This document shows, in pieces, positions 48,292 to 59,971 of a DNA stretch of 64,000 nucleotides (positions are counted from its first letter, which is position 1; each line of letters begins with the position of its first letter). The notes below the pieces were generated by a model, which saw only the letters and a program-made list of their open reading frames with translations, was not told where the DNA came from and did no database searches. Position numbers and translations under genes: made by a program. The stretch comes from Amoebophrya sp. A120 (lineage: Eukaryota; Protista; Dinoflagellata). The stretch is taken from the NCBI GenBank assembly GCA_905178155.1, contig CAJINV010000004.1:2626228-2690227 (forward strand), read 5' to 3'.

Positions 48292-51258
48292 CTATGAACT
48301 GGTAAACACACCGTCAATCTCGTGAATGATCCCGTTCCAACAGCGCACGGTTCGCACGATGTTGCAGCTCCGGTTCCCCACGGCGACCTTCCGGTCCAGG
48401 CCGTAAAAGTACTGGTCCTCGAGGCAGTGCTTCACAAACACGTCGAGTTTTTTTATCCTATGTAAAAACGTCCCCACCCCATAGTTGTAATGCAAATGCG
48501 CAATTACAGGAACATTTGTAATGCGCATCTCCATTACGGGCATTTCCGATCGTGTTTTGGACTTTGTAGTGCTGTAAACCGGATGGCAAGCTAGCTTTCT
48601 CATGCGGCTGCCCTTGCTAACAAGCACTACACTGCAGATGGGAACTTGTCATGCACAACGCCCAAAGCTTGGAGATTTGTGTTGCAGATAGAGCAACTTG
48701 ACTATGGGGCGGGGACGTTTTCGCTCAGGATATTTTTCCGGGGATTTTCCAACGTCCGCAGTTCTGCCCCGCCGAACGTGCTCTCGTTGATGCCGTAGGG
48801 GAGATGCCGGCGAAACCGGCCCTCCAGCAGCGCGTACTGCACTTCGCTCGCGGACTGGTTCGCGACCAGCTGGTAGGGGTCGATTTGGGGCTGTTCTGAC
48901 TGCTCGGTCTGTGCGAGTGCACAACTCACCCTCCCCCTCATTTGTAATGCAAAATCCCATCAAATCCAATTGCTGCCTTGTCCTTGTGGCGCTGCTTGCA
49001 TTACAAAGTCTGCAAACCCAAGCGCATGCAGCACTGCACTCAACGCGTGAGCTTGTAATGCGCAGCATCCACAAGTATTGGTCTTTGTGTTGCTGTTCAT
49101 GCCATAGAAATGAGTGGGAGGAGCGGGACTTGTGCACTCTCATACGGTCGTGTGTAGTCCACGTGCCCGCAGGGGTCCGCCGCCTCCACCCGGTGCACCT
49201 ATTTGTCCTGCAGCTGGACCGCCTGGTTCTTCTTGCAGCTCTCCTGGTGCAACAACATCTCCACCTGCCAGCCCCATTTTTTCCCTTGCCATCTGCTCCG
49301 TCTGCTCGCTGATGCTGGCCCGCTGCATGGATTCCGTTAACAGGTTCTTTTGCACCGACGACAGCTCTGTACTGGGGATCTGACCCACGTACTCCGGTAA
49401 CCGGTACCCGGTGCGTGCCGTGCGAAAGTGTATCAAATACAAACACGTCTGGATCTGGAAGATTGATGCGAGATTTGTCATGTTAGTCTGGCATCATGTT
49501 CATGACTCTGCGCCCTGTATTGTGTGGCCACCAAGTAGAGGTCCGCTTGCCGGTAATGCAAATGCGCAGCTTCTCATGCGAAATACGCAGCACAGACGCA
49601 CAAAAAAACTTGTCATGCTTGGCGGCGCATTGCAGAGCACTTATTGCTCCTCACGGACTTGCATCACAAGTTTCCAGACCCAGACACATTTGCATTTGAT
49701 AAAGTGCTTCTCGTAGCAATCCTCTATGTAGCCGTCCATCAGCGCGCGCTCGGGGTAGACGTACGAAACCGGCTCCGAAGAGAGACACTGAAACGTCGCG
49801 TGATCATCGTGGCCACCACTGCGAGAGTCGTCTCCAAAGTAGTTGTTTTTGTTGAGCGCAAGAAGCTGTTCTTTTTGTCCATCGAAGAACGAGCTGGAGT
49901 TGTCTTCGTGCTCCTCCTATCCAGTGCAAACATGTCTGGGCCCGGAGTAAACTCATGATGCTGAGTGGAAAAATCATGAGCAGGATGCCACAAGTGACGG
50001 CTCGGCGTGACAAGATTCTGGGTTCTTGCTAGGTGTCGTCTAATATCCAGCATGACAAACTTCTGCGTTTTTGCATGACAGAAATAAGCCGTGGCTCTTT
50101 GGTACTAACCTACATGATAGACTTGAGAATCAGGTCCGGACCCGGAGCTGACCATGCTAGCAGAGCATGACAAACTTCCATCCTTCCAGACCACCCAAAC
50201 ATATTTCCGATGCATACCTCCTGCATCCGCTTCTCCCGTTTCAGATCCTCTAAATAGTTCAGAAGTGCAAGTTTCTTCCGTGCGGCCTTCTGCGTCTTCG
50301 GGTTCGGGTCAGTTAGCTCGTTTTCGAGTTCCTGATCCTGGGATCGCTGTTCGGCGTAATAATCTCCCCACCAGCGTCGATTTTTGCCTTGTTTGTCGCT
50401 CGGTAAGTTAAAGTTTCTATTCCCCAACGCAGGACCATCGTTGTCAGTCGCAGAAATTGATGCGGCCCCATTCTCCGCCAAGGTCGCGACGGCGTTGTAC
50501 GAGTTCACCAGCTCTGGAATGTCGAACTTTCCCAACACGAGGTGTCGCTTCAGAAATCGCAGCAACAAATCCGGGTTGTCGCGCATGGTCTGCCACGAAT
50601 TTTTCCCAATTTTCGCAATCGCCTCGTTATTGGGCACAAACATCGTGAACGGACCGCTGGTAGAAATCAAATTCAGCAATCTACTCGTGCAGGCAATTCT
50701 ATTTCCTGGTCCTGCGCCTTCGGCGTCACCGATCCCAACTCTTCCGCGAAAGTTTCCGTCGTAGGAGCCGTCTTCACGTGGTTCACCCTCTAATCCCAAA
50801 ATAGGAGAAGAACTGTTATCAAGCCCGTCATGATCATCATGTGAGAAAACTAAATCCTCCAGCCGGCCGTGTTCCAGAAACTTTTTCTCCCGCCTCTGCT
50901 TCGTCCGAAAGTCCACCTCGTTGGTGAGCAGTTTCCCCTTGGACAGCAAATTGTACCAAAGCGAACACCGCTTCACTTTCGCCGTCGCGTTCACAATCGT
51001 GTCGCGCCGGCTGATGTCGTGCACGTGCTGGTAGTAGGCCAGCGCGTTGTGCTTGGCGTTCGGCGTGTTGTGGTGAAAGCCCTTGTAGACCGCACCGCGC
51101 TCCTGCCGTGGCGTGTAGTTTTTCGTGAAGCGCCCATTACACTGCGCCGGACAGACCTTGGCGTTACTGTTCCCCCCGTTACTGTGGTTGTGGCCCATAC
51201 CACGCAAAATCTTCGAGAAACGAAAGATGCCGCCGAAGCAGCCCGTGGCTTCTGACAT
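48292..51258 (-). CDS. Fasciclin (FAS1) domain protein with large insertion in the domain
   Basis: H1 GPFTMFVPNNEAI, LKRHLV, terminal H2 NGIIHEIDGV; 4 introners in frame. Confidence 0.8.
48454..48732. mobile_element. Introner family E, 279 bp
   Basis: DR TTTTT/TTTTT; same length and similar interior as 17009-17287. Confidence 0.92.
48910..49144. mobile_element. Introner family B, 235 bp
   Basis: TIR core GAGTGCACAA; DR CGGTC/CGGTC. Confidence 0.88.
49431..49701. mobile_element. Introner family A, 271 bp
   Basis: DR AAGTG/AAGTG; join EKHFRTAR. Confidence 0.92.
49918..50216. mobile_element. Degenerate family A introner, 299 bp
   Basis: DR CCTCC/CCTCC; join MQEEHED. Confidence 0.85.
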
Positions 51259-51337
51259 ATTTGAGGTTTCTATAGAGAAGCGATTATGTTTATCATTATA
51301 GTTGATTAATATATTTATATAAGGCAAACTTTGGGGC

Positions 51338-51770
51338 CGGAGAGGGTACGGTAGAGGTTGGGGAGAGGTTTCGTAGAGGTTAGACAGAGGGTCGGAGAGG
51401 TAAAGTAGAGGGTCGACAAAAACAAGAGGGTCGGGGAGAGGTAAAGGGAGAGGGTACGGAGAGGGTCGGGAGAGGGTGCGCAGTATAGGGACCCGTATAG
51501 CGGCGCTATACGCGCGCAGAGGGTCGGTAGAGGTTGAGTAGAGGTCAAATAGAGGGTGGGGGGAGAGGGTGTAGAGGGTCGGAGAGGTTCCACAATATAG
51601 GGCGACCCTCTAAGCGACCCTCTACCGCGACCCCCTCCGGGAGCCTCTATTTTACCTCTCGGCGGACCCTCTCGGGACCTCTTGGACCCTCTCCCGGACC
51701 CTCTCCGAACCTCTCCCGGACCCTCTCCGAACCTCTCCCGGACCCTCTCCGGGACCCTCTACCAGAACCG
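51338..51770. repeat. Inverted minisatellite (AGAGGGTCGG array facing CCCTCTCCG array)
   Basis: G-rich repeats 51338-51590, complementary C-rich repeats 51604-51765. Confidence 0.85.
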
Positions 51771-53349
51771 CCCGCACAGTGAAGCTCGCCCGCCTGCGCG
51801 CAGTGCCTGTGTCTTAGAATAAGAATAAACAAAGCTAGGGCCTAAAAGTTAAGGTCTCCTCTGCAAGTTTTTCTTTTTTGACTCCAGGGCATACCAGGGC
51901 GGCAGTTCAAAGTGCATGCGCCGCTCTGCGTCCCCCGGGGGGGGCGCGGCGCCACGCCTTAACGTAGGCGGCCACCTAGGGTGGCCGCAACTTCACACAG
52001 TGCCCGCGCGCGGGCGCCAGGTGTCGCGTCTTTGTAGCGTCGCGAAAGTGGTTGCGACCAAAGTAGCGAAAGTTTTTCTCTGCCCGTTGTCTCCCGGCGC
52101 AAGCATAGCGCATTAGCCTTCGCAAGCACATGCAAGCCCCGCCGCGTGCTCGCTGCCTAACAGGATTCCAGCTCGCCACCTTTTAGATGCGGCATTCCTC
52201 CTGTTCAGGGTGCACACCTGCAACAAACTCCCCCTCCAAGAAAGGCCAACAACCTCCGGCCCCGGGCGCTGCTTTTTTCGGAAACAAAGAACGCAGGCCG
52301 CGGAGGTATCGCTGCGTGTGTGCGCTGCGCTTTCTGGGCCAACCCCGTCAGACCGGCGCGGCCCCGCCTGCTTTTTTGGCTGTGCAGCGGCGCGCCACCC
52401 TTGGCATTGCCTTCCCCGTTGGAACACCTCCCCCGAACAGCCTCCCTCCCCGGCGGCCTCCGCCGGGGGTTGGCTGGTTTATTTGATAAACTAAAAAGAC
52501 TAAAGACGACGGCAAAGCGGGACTATCAATCTGCAGCAAACAAAAACACGCCGAGTTGCCAAAATATAAACGGAAAAACATGAGACGGAGAGGGGAGGAG
52601 CTTCATCTGACGTGGAACGCATACACAACAAAAGGAATACAAAAAGGAAAAGGACAATGTTGGCCGCTGTTGCAAATGAGAAAGCCGAGGAGCTGCAGAA
52701 TGACGCTCACTCTCGACAGCAACCAGGTGATGGTGCCGTAGCAGACGCCCAGAGTGAGATGCGGTTGACGTGACTAAATCTGCAAACTACTAACCGTTGT
52801 GGTAGCTTTCTGCTGCAGTCTTCGTCACCAACGTAGAAACGAGGACGAACAGATACAACTAATAGAGCATCTACATCGGCATCGCACAAGCAGACCATCT
52901 TTTCGGTAGGGACCGATTTCGCACACGACGTAGCAGTAGCACATGTTCTTGCACAGCCACACAATCTGAAAACGATTAGGATTACGTCGAACACGAGGAC
53001 CTAGGAGGAAGAGTTGATGTACTAGATCCGGCGGAAAATAACAATGCGTGTCGCATTGGCAGCGTGAGCGTCGGACTCGGAGCGCCCCACCCAACTTTGT
53101 TCATGACTGAGACTGAAAAGATGTAAACCAATCTGATCGAGGAACAGGTTCTTGTCTCTTCTATTTCAGTAGGCTTCTCTACTTCTTCCGCCGTTCCCTA
53201 AGTCTTGATCTTCTACACTCTCAGCGGGACTTGATCTTCTACACTCTCAGCTATTGACTCGGAGCTGATGACGTGGCTGCTGGTGTAGTGGAGGATTTTC
53301 AATTTTCACGCTTTGTATCTGAAGACTCGGCGGCCGCGCTCGAACCACT

Positions 53350-53482
53350 CAGCCGCAGCCCTAGCGTTAGCCTCAGCCCTAGGCTTAGCCTCAGCCGCAG
53401 CCAGAGCCTCGGCCATAGCGTTAGCCCCAGCCTTAGCCTCGGCCCGAGCTTTAGCCTCTGCCCTAGCCTTAGCAGTAGCCTT
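53350..53482. repeat. Degenerate hexamer repeat (CCTAGC/CTTAGC/CTCAGC); reads AEAKAR-like on minus strand
   Basis: Visible 6/18-bp periodicity. Confidence 0.7.
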
Positions 53483-53609
53483 AATCTTCGGAATTGCGGC
53501 GATCCACATCCCTTGGATTGGGCTAGGGCCGCCTGAGCACACGTAGGTCGTTCCTCCGTGGAACATAGCTTGGACTCCCCGTAAAAAAACCTAGGGGCAT
53601 CATGGGCGA

Positions 53610-54844
53610 TACTACGTTGAAAACTTCAAGAATAAGAAAATGAGCAAAATTTGGTGTTTAGAATTCAAAACGGTAAGGCGCCGGGCGCCCTGTTTTTTGT
53701 TTTTGTTTTGGATAGCGCTTGGCAGGTCGCGAGGCATACTACTTCAAAACTATCAGAAGCAGAGGACGCGACACACTGAGTGTTTTATCGCGGCCGCCTA
53801 CTTCTCGATATGAAAAAAGGGAGAGGCAGGCCTGGCATGGAGCCGGCCAACGAAGACGGGCCGAGGGCTACCAACCTCACGCGCCAAACTAGTTAGCTAG
53901 GTGTGGCCCTTCCTGGAACATTCGTGACCGGGGCCCAATGGGCTCGGGTCGTTGCGTGGTCCGAATGGACGAGGCGCGGCGGCGCCTCCGCAGGCAAGCG
54001 AAAAGCGACCCGAAGTTGCTGAAATATTACAGCAAGCTTCTGCGGGAATGCCCGAGCAAAGACATCGCCAGGGGACTCGATACAGGCGCTCTTTTTTGCA
54101 TTCCGCCCGTGATTCACGCAAAATTTTGCAGTTCCCGATGGGAAAAATTGCAAGAATGAACAGGGTCGACCCCTAGCGAAGACCCTAGATTTTGGCCATT
54201 CCCGAAACGGCTTTTTTCCCACTTCCCGATGGAAAAAATTTCAAGAATGAAAAAGCAGACCCCTCCGGCGACCCCTGGCGCAAGGGGTCGCCCAGAGGAC
54301 TTTATTGCTTACTTTTTGCTCAAAAAACGCACTTTTTGAAGTTCGCCCGATTCGGAAATCGATTTTGGAGCCACGCGGCGCCGCAATTGTGGACGCCCAA
54401 AATGCAGCCCGTCGGCGAGGGGAGTCCCGCCCTGCTAAGGGTCCGGATTGGGCGTGCAAATTGGGCGCACTATTTTAGGCGCCGAAAAACATGGCCCGGC
54501 ATTTGGCAAACTCTAGCAAAAGGGCGCCGCAAATGTAACGACCCCCCATTGCCCAGCTCAGGTCTGCTGCTTGCCGCCGTCAAGAAGAGCCGGCTTTTTG
54601 GATTGAGGGGGCTCTGCCGGTTTCTCTCCAAGTACAAGCGGCGCCTCGTGGCGATGGTTGGCGAAATGATGTCCCGGCCGGATGCAACCCGGCCGAGCCC
54701 AAGGGCGCCGCGTGCTGCTTCTGCGCTGCCGGTCGAGCCGCCGGCGTCGTGTTTCGTCGATCTTGGAACCCCTCCCGGCCACCCTAAAGACTCTAAAGAC
54801 CGAATTTTGCTCGTTTTCTTATTCTTGAAGTTTTCCACTCAGTA
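53610..54844. mobile_element. 1235-bp non-autonomous TIR element with TA ends and 5-bp TSD
   Basis: ~53-bp TIR TACT..GAAAACTTCAAGAATAAGAAAA.GAGCAAAATT.GGT.TTTAGA; TSD GGCGA/GGCGA. Confidence 0.9.
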
Positions 54845-55229
54845 GGCGACATCGGGTTATGATAGTCATCAGACACGTATGCCCATGCGGAGTTCTCATC
54901 GGGATCCGTGAAGTCCGTGCAGTGCCTGAACGTGTTCGCCAGCCGCGAACTCAAACTGGGGGATCTCCGACTGGGGCGCGTCTCCAACATACTTCCTCCC
55001 GACTCTGCGGCTGGCGAATCCGTGGGCAGGATGACGCCGCACTGGTTCTCGCTGCTGCACCCGCAATAGAGAAACTCTGGCAAATTCACCTTTATTTATT
55101 TGTTTTCAGGAGGCCGAATAAAAAATCAACATGCTGAAGAAGAAGAAAAAACTTTACCTTGTGGTTGTGAAGAATGAAAGTACTTTATTAAATTCATGAC
55201 AGTCGTTGTCTATTTGTATTTTTTCTTCC

Positions 55230-56184
55230 ATCATGATCCTGATCATCATGCACAAGTATTCTCCTCATGGAGGAGAGGGAGACATACCGTATGTTTGCAA
55301 CACCACCGTCAGGCTCAAGGTTCCCAGGCAGAAGCAACGCTACAACGGCAATAGGCAGTGAATGTGTGAAAGTACCTTTCCATCCTTGTTCAAATCGAAT
55401 GCATTTACGTCGAACTCCGACCCAAGATCCAGAACGCCATTGCGGTCCTTGTCGAGCGTCTCGAATTCGTCCAGAAGCCCACTCGCGTGTAGGTGTACGA
55501 TAAATGCGTCGGCGTCCTGAAGTTTCCGTTGGAATCTTTTTCCAATGTTAGTTGCGCATAAACATCAAGCGGTCGGGAAACACAAACACTCCAAATTCAA
55601 ACTTCAGTGCATTTTTCATCAGTTTAACTTGAACAAGAATACCATTGCCGTTCATCATCTTCGTACGCAAAATTCATTCCTGGTAATCATCTGGCACTGG
55701 CTCAACGACAATCCGATAAACATTCGTCGCAGTCTCTACTTACGGTGACAAGACGTACCTGGTAGCTCTTCCCAGCAGCACTGGTAGATCGGGGAAGAAA
55801 AGCGGCCGCAGCTTCGAGGAGCAATTTCATCTTGTACGCGCTGACCCCCTGGTGCTCGAGCCGCGCAGTCAGCATGCCCAGACTCTGCGTCACGGACTGT
55901 TTTGCGTGGAACAGCGGAAGGAGCATCCGCAGGTCACTCTCGAGCTGGGCCGGTATTTTCTTAGCCGTCGACGATTCGGATTCCGGCTGATTGTCAGCTT
56001 CGCTGGTCGTGGTCTTGGAGGTGAAGGAGCCGGAGGGCGTCTCAGCATCGGTTTCCGGGGAATACATTTCTTTCTGTTCGTCCTTGTCCTCGACATCCTC
56101 GCTCGGCCCTGAGTCGGCTTCCCCTGTGTAGTCGAGGTCCAGCGAGGACGAGGTGGGCTCCTTCTTGGTACTCTCCTGCTGCAC
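55230..56184 (-). pseudogene. Possible decayed coding sequence
   Basis: Protein-like acidic ORF 55702-56184 followed by stop-interrupted frames; no family recognised. Confidence 0.3.
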
Positions 56185-59100
56185 CTGCGTAATATTTGAA
56201 TTGGAATTTTATTTCAATTCGAGCTTGTTTAATTTTTCTGTGCGATTCATCTGAACACGCAGGGGCCAAGGCTATCGCCTTAGCCCATCTAGAGGGGGGT
56301 GATACCACAATTCTTTATCCAGTACACCAACACTTCTTTGAAGGAGGATATCAATCACCTGTCCATTTGCTTCAGGACGCATCGTTTTAATCTCACCGCG
56401 TCCAGTGATTGAAGATGTAAAGTACGTGTATGCAATTTTCACATTCGACGCTACATCAAAATTGATATTGTACCACTGCGGTTGCACATCCAACCATAGC
56501 TGCGGTAGCCACGGCGGTGCGCGCCGCGATCGGACATGGGCAGGAGGAAGAAACGGGGGGGGGGGGGGTGTTTGTTTGTATTTAGACAGCGACATTTTTT
56601 GGTTGGTCTTTGTCTTAGTGTTGGTAATCTTGTCCTGCTCTGAATCAGGCAATTTATGCAATGAGATCCGATTGGACTTTCCCTTCCGAGAAATTCCTTC
56701 TCTCCCCCAATCACGACTACCGGGCCACTGCAGCTACTACACAAAAAAATGGTGTGGCTCTTGAGTCTTTTTTTACGATTCAGACGGACCCAAACAAAGA
56801 TGAAAAGCCAACTTTACTAGTTGTACGGCCTGCACCACCGCTATAAAATTAAAAGTGCAATGAGGGAAGGGGGGCTGTGGTGCGGCTGGAGGTAGAATAT
56901 GAATACTAGAGGTGTGGCCAAATAATTCCAGATAGGGTGCCTAGTGCTACGGTGATGTAATGATGATGAGGCACGGTACGTTGTTTGAGAGCAAGAAGTC
57001 GGGAAAGTCTTGCAGTGAAACCAAACCACTGGCACAACTTACTTAATTTGAATTTACTAATCTTGATTGGGTCGTCGTCGTTCGCACTGAATAGAGTCCA
57101 AAGATGTGGTTCAGGGTCGCCGTCACGTACTTATTTAGGTATGGTGGAACATAAAGAACAACAACATCAAGAAATCCCAAACACGAACGAACCCACAGAG
57201 CCAATTTATCAGATCCAGACCGCCCACCCTGTCGCTCTGTGTGTTTGTGAAGGAATTTTTCACTCAAAAAGTCAAGGAATTTTTCACTCAGCCCTGTTTC
57301 AATCCACTCATCAATGACGAATACCTCAGCGGTTGATGCTCTTCGTACGAACATCAACAAAAGGTGGGAACAAGTTGATGAGAAGCAATTCGATTCATAA
57401 TTCGAACACCTAGAAGTAGAGGCGCCAGGGTCCCGATGCTAGGTAACAGCACGATCACCAGAATGAAACGCTGTGGCATGTTTATCACAATATCTATACT
57501 TCATGATCATGTCGTTGGTTGAATAAAGCAAAAGTCGCCGAGAGATAAAGTCGGACCACGACCCACGAGGTGCCGCAGCTGCAAATCAATTGTCGCTGTG
57601 TATGCTTCTAGTAGAAGCGTTTTTGGTTTTGAAAATAATTGTGCTATTCTCCTCTAGTGGTCTTCATGCCAAATCAACAGCCGCAGTGCCTTCAGCTCGC
57701 TTGGAATACCTCTGCAACTTGCTGCAATGGTGCCAATTCTAACAGAAGACCTCGTCATCGCAGATTGAGAAGTCGTGCGTGCCGGTCTTTGTCATTCAAT
57801 CAGTCACTGATGTCTGATCCCCTCCACGAACACGTAGAACTCCACTTCCTGCTTCCGGCACCGCGTTTCATTGCCCCTGGCACATCTCGCGTTGCTGGGG
57901 TCCAGGCCTGTCTTCGTGGATCATCCCTTTGCGTCTTCACCGTACAGACTCGCTCGTGAGGGAGGGCGTTTAATATTCTGCGGAACAACTAGCTACATCA
58001 AGCCGCCACCGCCCGCTCCTGTCGTCGTTCTTGTGCTGTCCAGCTGGTACTACGTCTCAAAGTCGCAAGGAAGGCACGTCTTGATGTCCACACTGTGAAA
58101 GAAACCAGCCACCACGTCGTCGCAACCACGGACTCGGCTTTATGATCTGCAAAGGCCGGCAGCTCTCCAACCTAGTGTGGTCTGGCAGCTTGCAGTTCCC
58201 GCGGCTAGTAGTAGTCGTATTAAGAACATCAACCGTGGTTGTAGTCGTTGCTGTTGCTCGTGCAGATCACAGTGCTGCGAGGTGTCGTGTTCTTCGCCAT
58301 CCCATCTTGTTCCAGGAGGTGCACACCTTTGAGTTGTTTAAGGATAATTCAATGCATCATGATCATCGCAGTATCGTTCGGGATGGCGATCTGCATGCAG
58401 GAGGTTTTTGTCGAACTTATACATCAAGGGATCTTTCTACACAACTGCCATGTAGTACTAAACTACAAGAAAGTAGAAGAACGCTCGACAAACGAAGCAG
58501 GCAGTTCTCCATCAAGATCAACTCTACATCAACTCGAGGTGACATCAAATGAAGTAGAGTATCGTATAGATTGCAAACACAATTACCGCGCAAAGTTCTT
58601 TGACGACGTATGTTTCCGAGGTATTTGTTCGTGTGAGGATTTAGTAGTTCTTATCGCTATGTGTCTTTTCTCATCGCAAGTTGTTGTGTGAGGCCCAGGA
58701 ATATGCAAGGAGAAAATCACTCCATCGTATTCAGCATTTTTTCGTCTACTTGCCGGTGCAGTGGGAAAGGAGTTTTTTCACTGGTACGTGTGCATCCAAC
58801 TCCTGAAAATCAAGCATGCATTTTTCCGCCGGTGCCGGTGGTGCAGCATCTGCCCTTTTTTCATGACTTGGGGTTATCACTTTCAGTGTGTCAGGTTCTG
58901 GAGAAGGAACATGATCCTCAGACCAGCAAATTTTTCATGCAAAGCAGCGTCGTGTACGGTGTAGCGTCATCTTCTCCTTGGATATAGTATGGGGACCAGC
59001 ACTTCTTTTCAACAACATCCGCTCGCGCCACACACGACGTCAGTCACGACACAGCACTTCTTGTTTAAGCGGGGGCAGCATGATGATGCGAAGATGAAGT

Positions 59101-59971
59101 GGTCCTAGACAACTTCTTTCTCCACCACACCAGGAACAGGGGCTTCTGTGTTTTTCAATTCATGTGGTTGTTTTTCTATGGTTTAACAAAAGAATCATAT
59201 GTTCAAAATTAGCGAATCCCATCACAGAGGATCTTGCCGAGAATCGAAGAAATTTTCATATGGAGAACCAGACATATTTATGAAGCTGTGACTACCTTTT
59301 TCATGCAAAAAACTTCAAAACGCTAAGCGTAAGGTGAAACCATAAAAACCAGTCTACTCTACTTTCATGCTATGTGCAACTCGGCACCTTCTAAAAGACA
59401 ACTTTACGGATACGGGTATGATATAAGAAAACATCAAACACCTATGATTGCGCTACTGAAATGTGCCTAAATTTGAAACAAATGGAAAAATGCAAATGAC
59501 TGTTACTTGATTTATCGCATCACGGTATCGACGCAGATTGCGCTATCATGGGAAGAGATGCTGAGCTGGCAGCCTGGCTAGACCACTGCTCAGGAGTAGT
59601 ACTGTCCCGTTGTACTGCTGGCCTGGTTTGTTCTGCAGCTTCCTCGTTGAACTATGGCACGAGGGACGGAGTCGGAGTCCGAAGATCTCGTCCTGACACA
59701 ACGGATAGCACGGCACCACGAGCTGCCAGCACTGAAGTACCAGCAAGTGAACGTAGAAGGTTGGCTGTTGAATTCGGTTATCGCACTACAGTTTCATGAT
59801 CTTCAAGAACCTGATGATGCAGCGGCTTGCGTTCGCCCTCCTGCGCCAGACGGAGGATGAAAAGAAAGTAGACGCATCAGGTACATAGATGATGCGCAGC
59901 AGGCGGTGACTTGTTTTCTTTGGTCGTCATACAGGAACTAGGGCAAGATGAACCAGGGAGCGATGAAATCA

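Noticed and set aside
51810-52500. Possible additional TIR element
   Set aside because: Only weak AATAAAC-type end similarity and no TSD found
56200-59900. Genes in this interval
   Set aside because: Only short stop-interrupted frames; no model can be supported by eye
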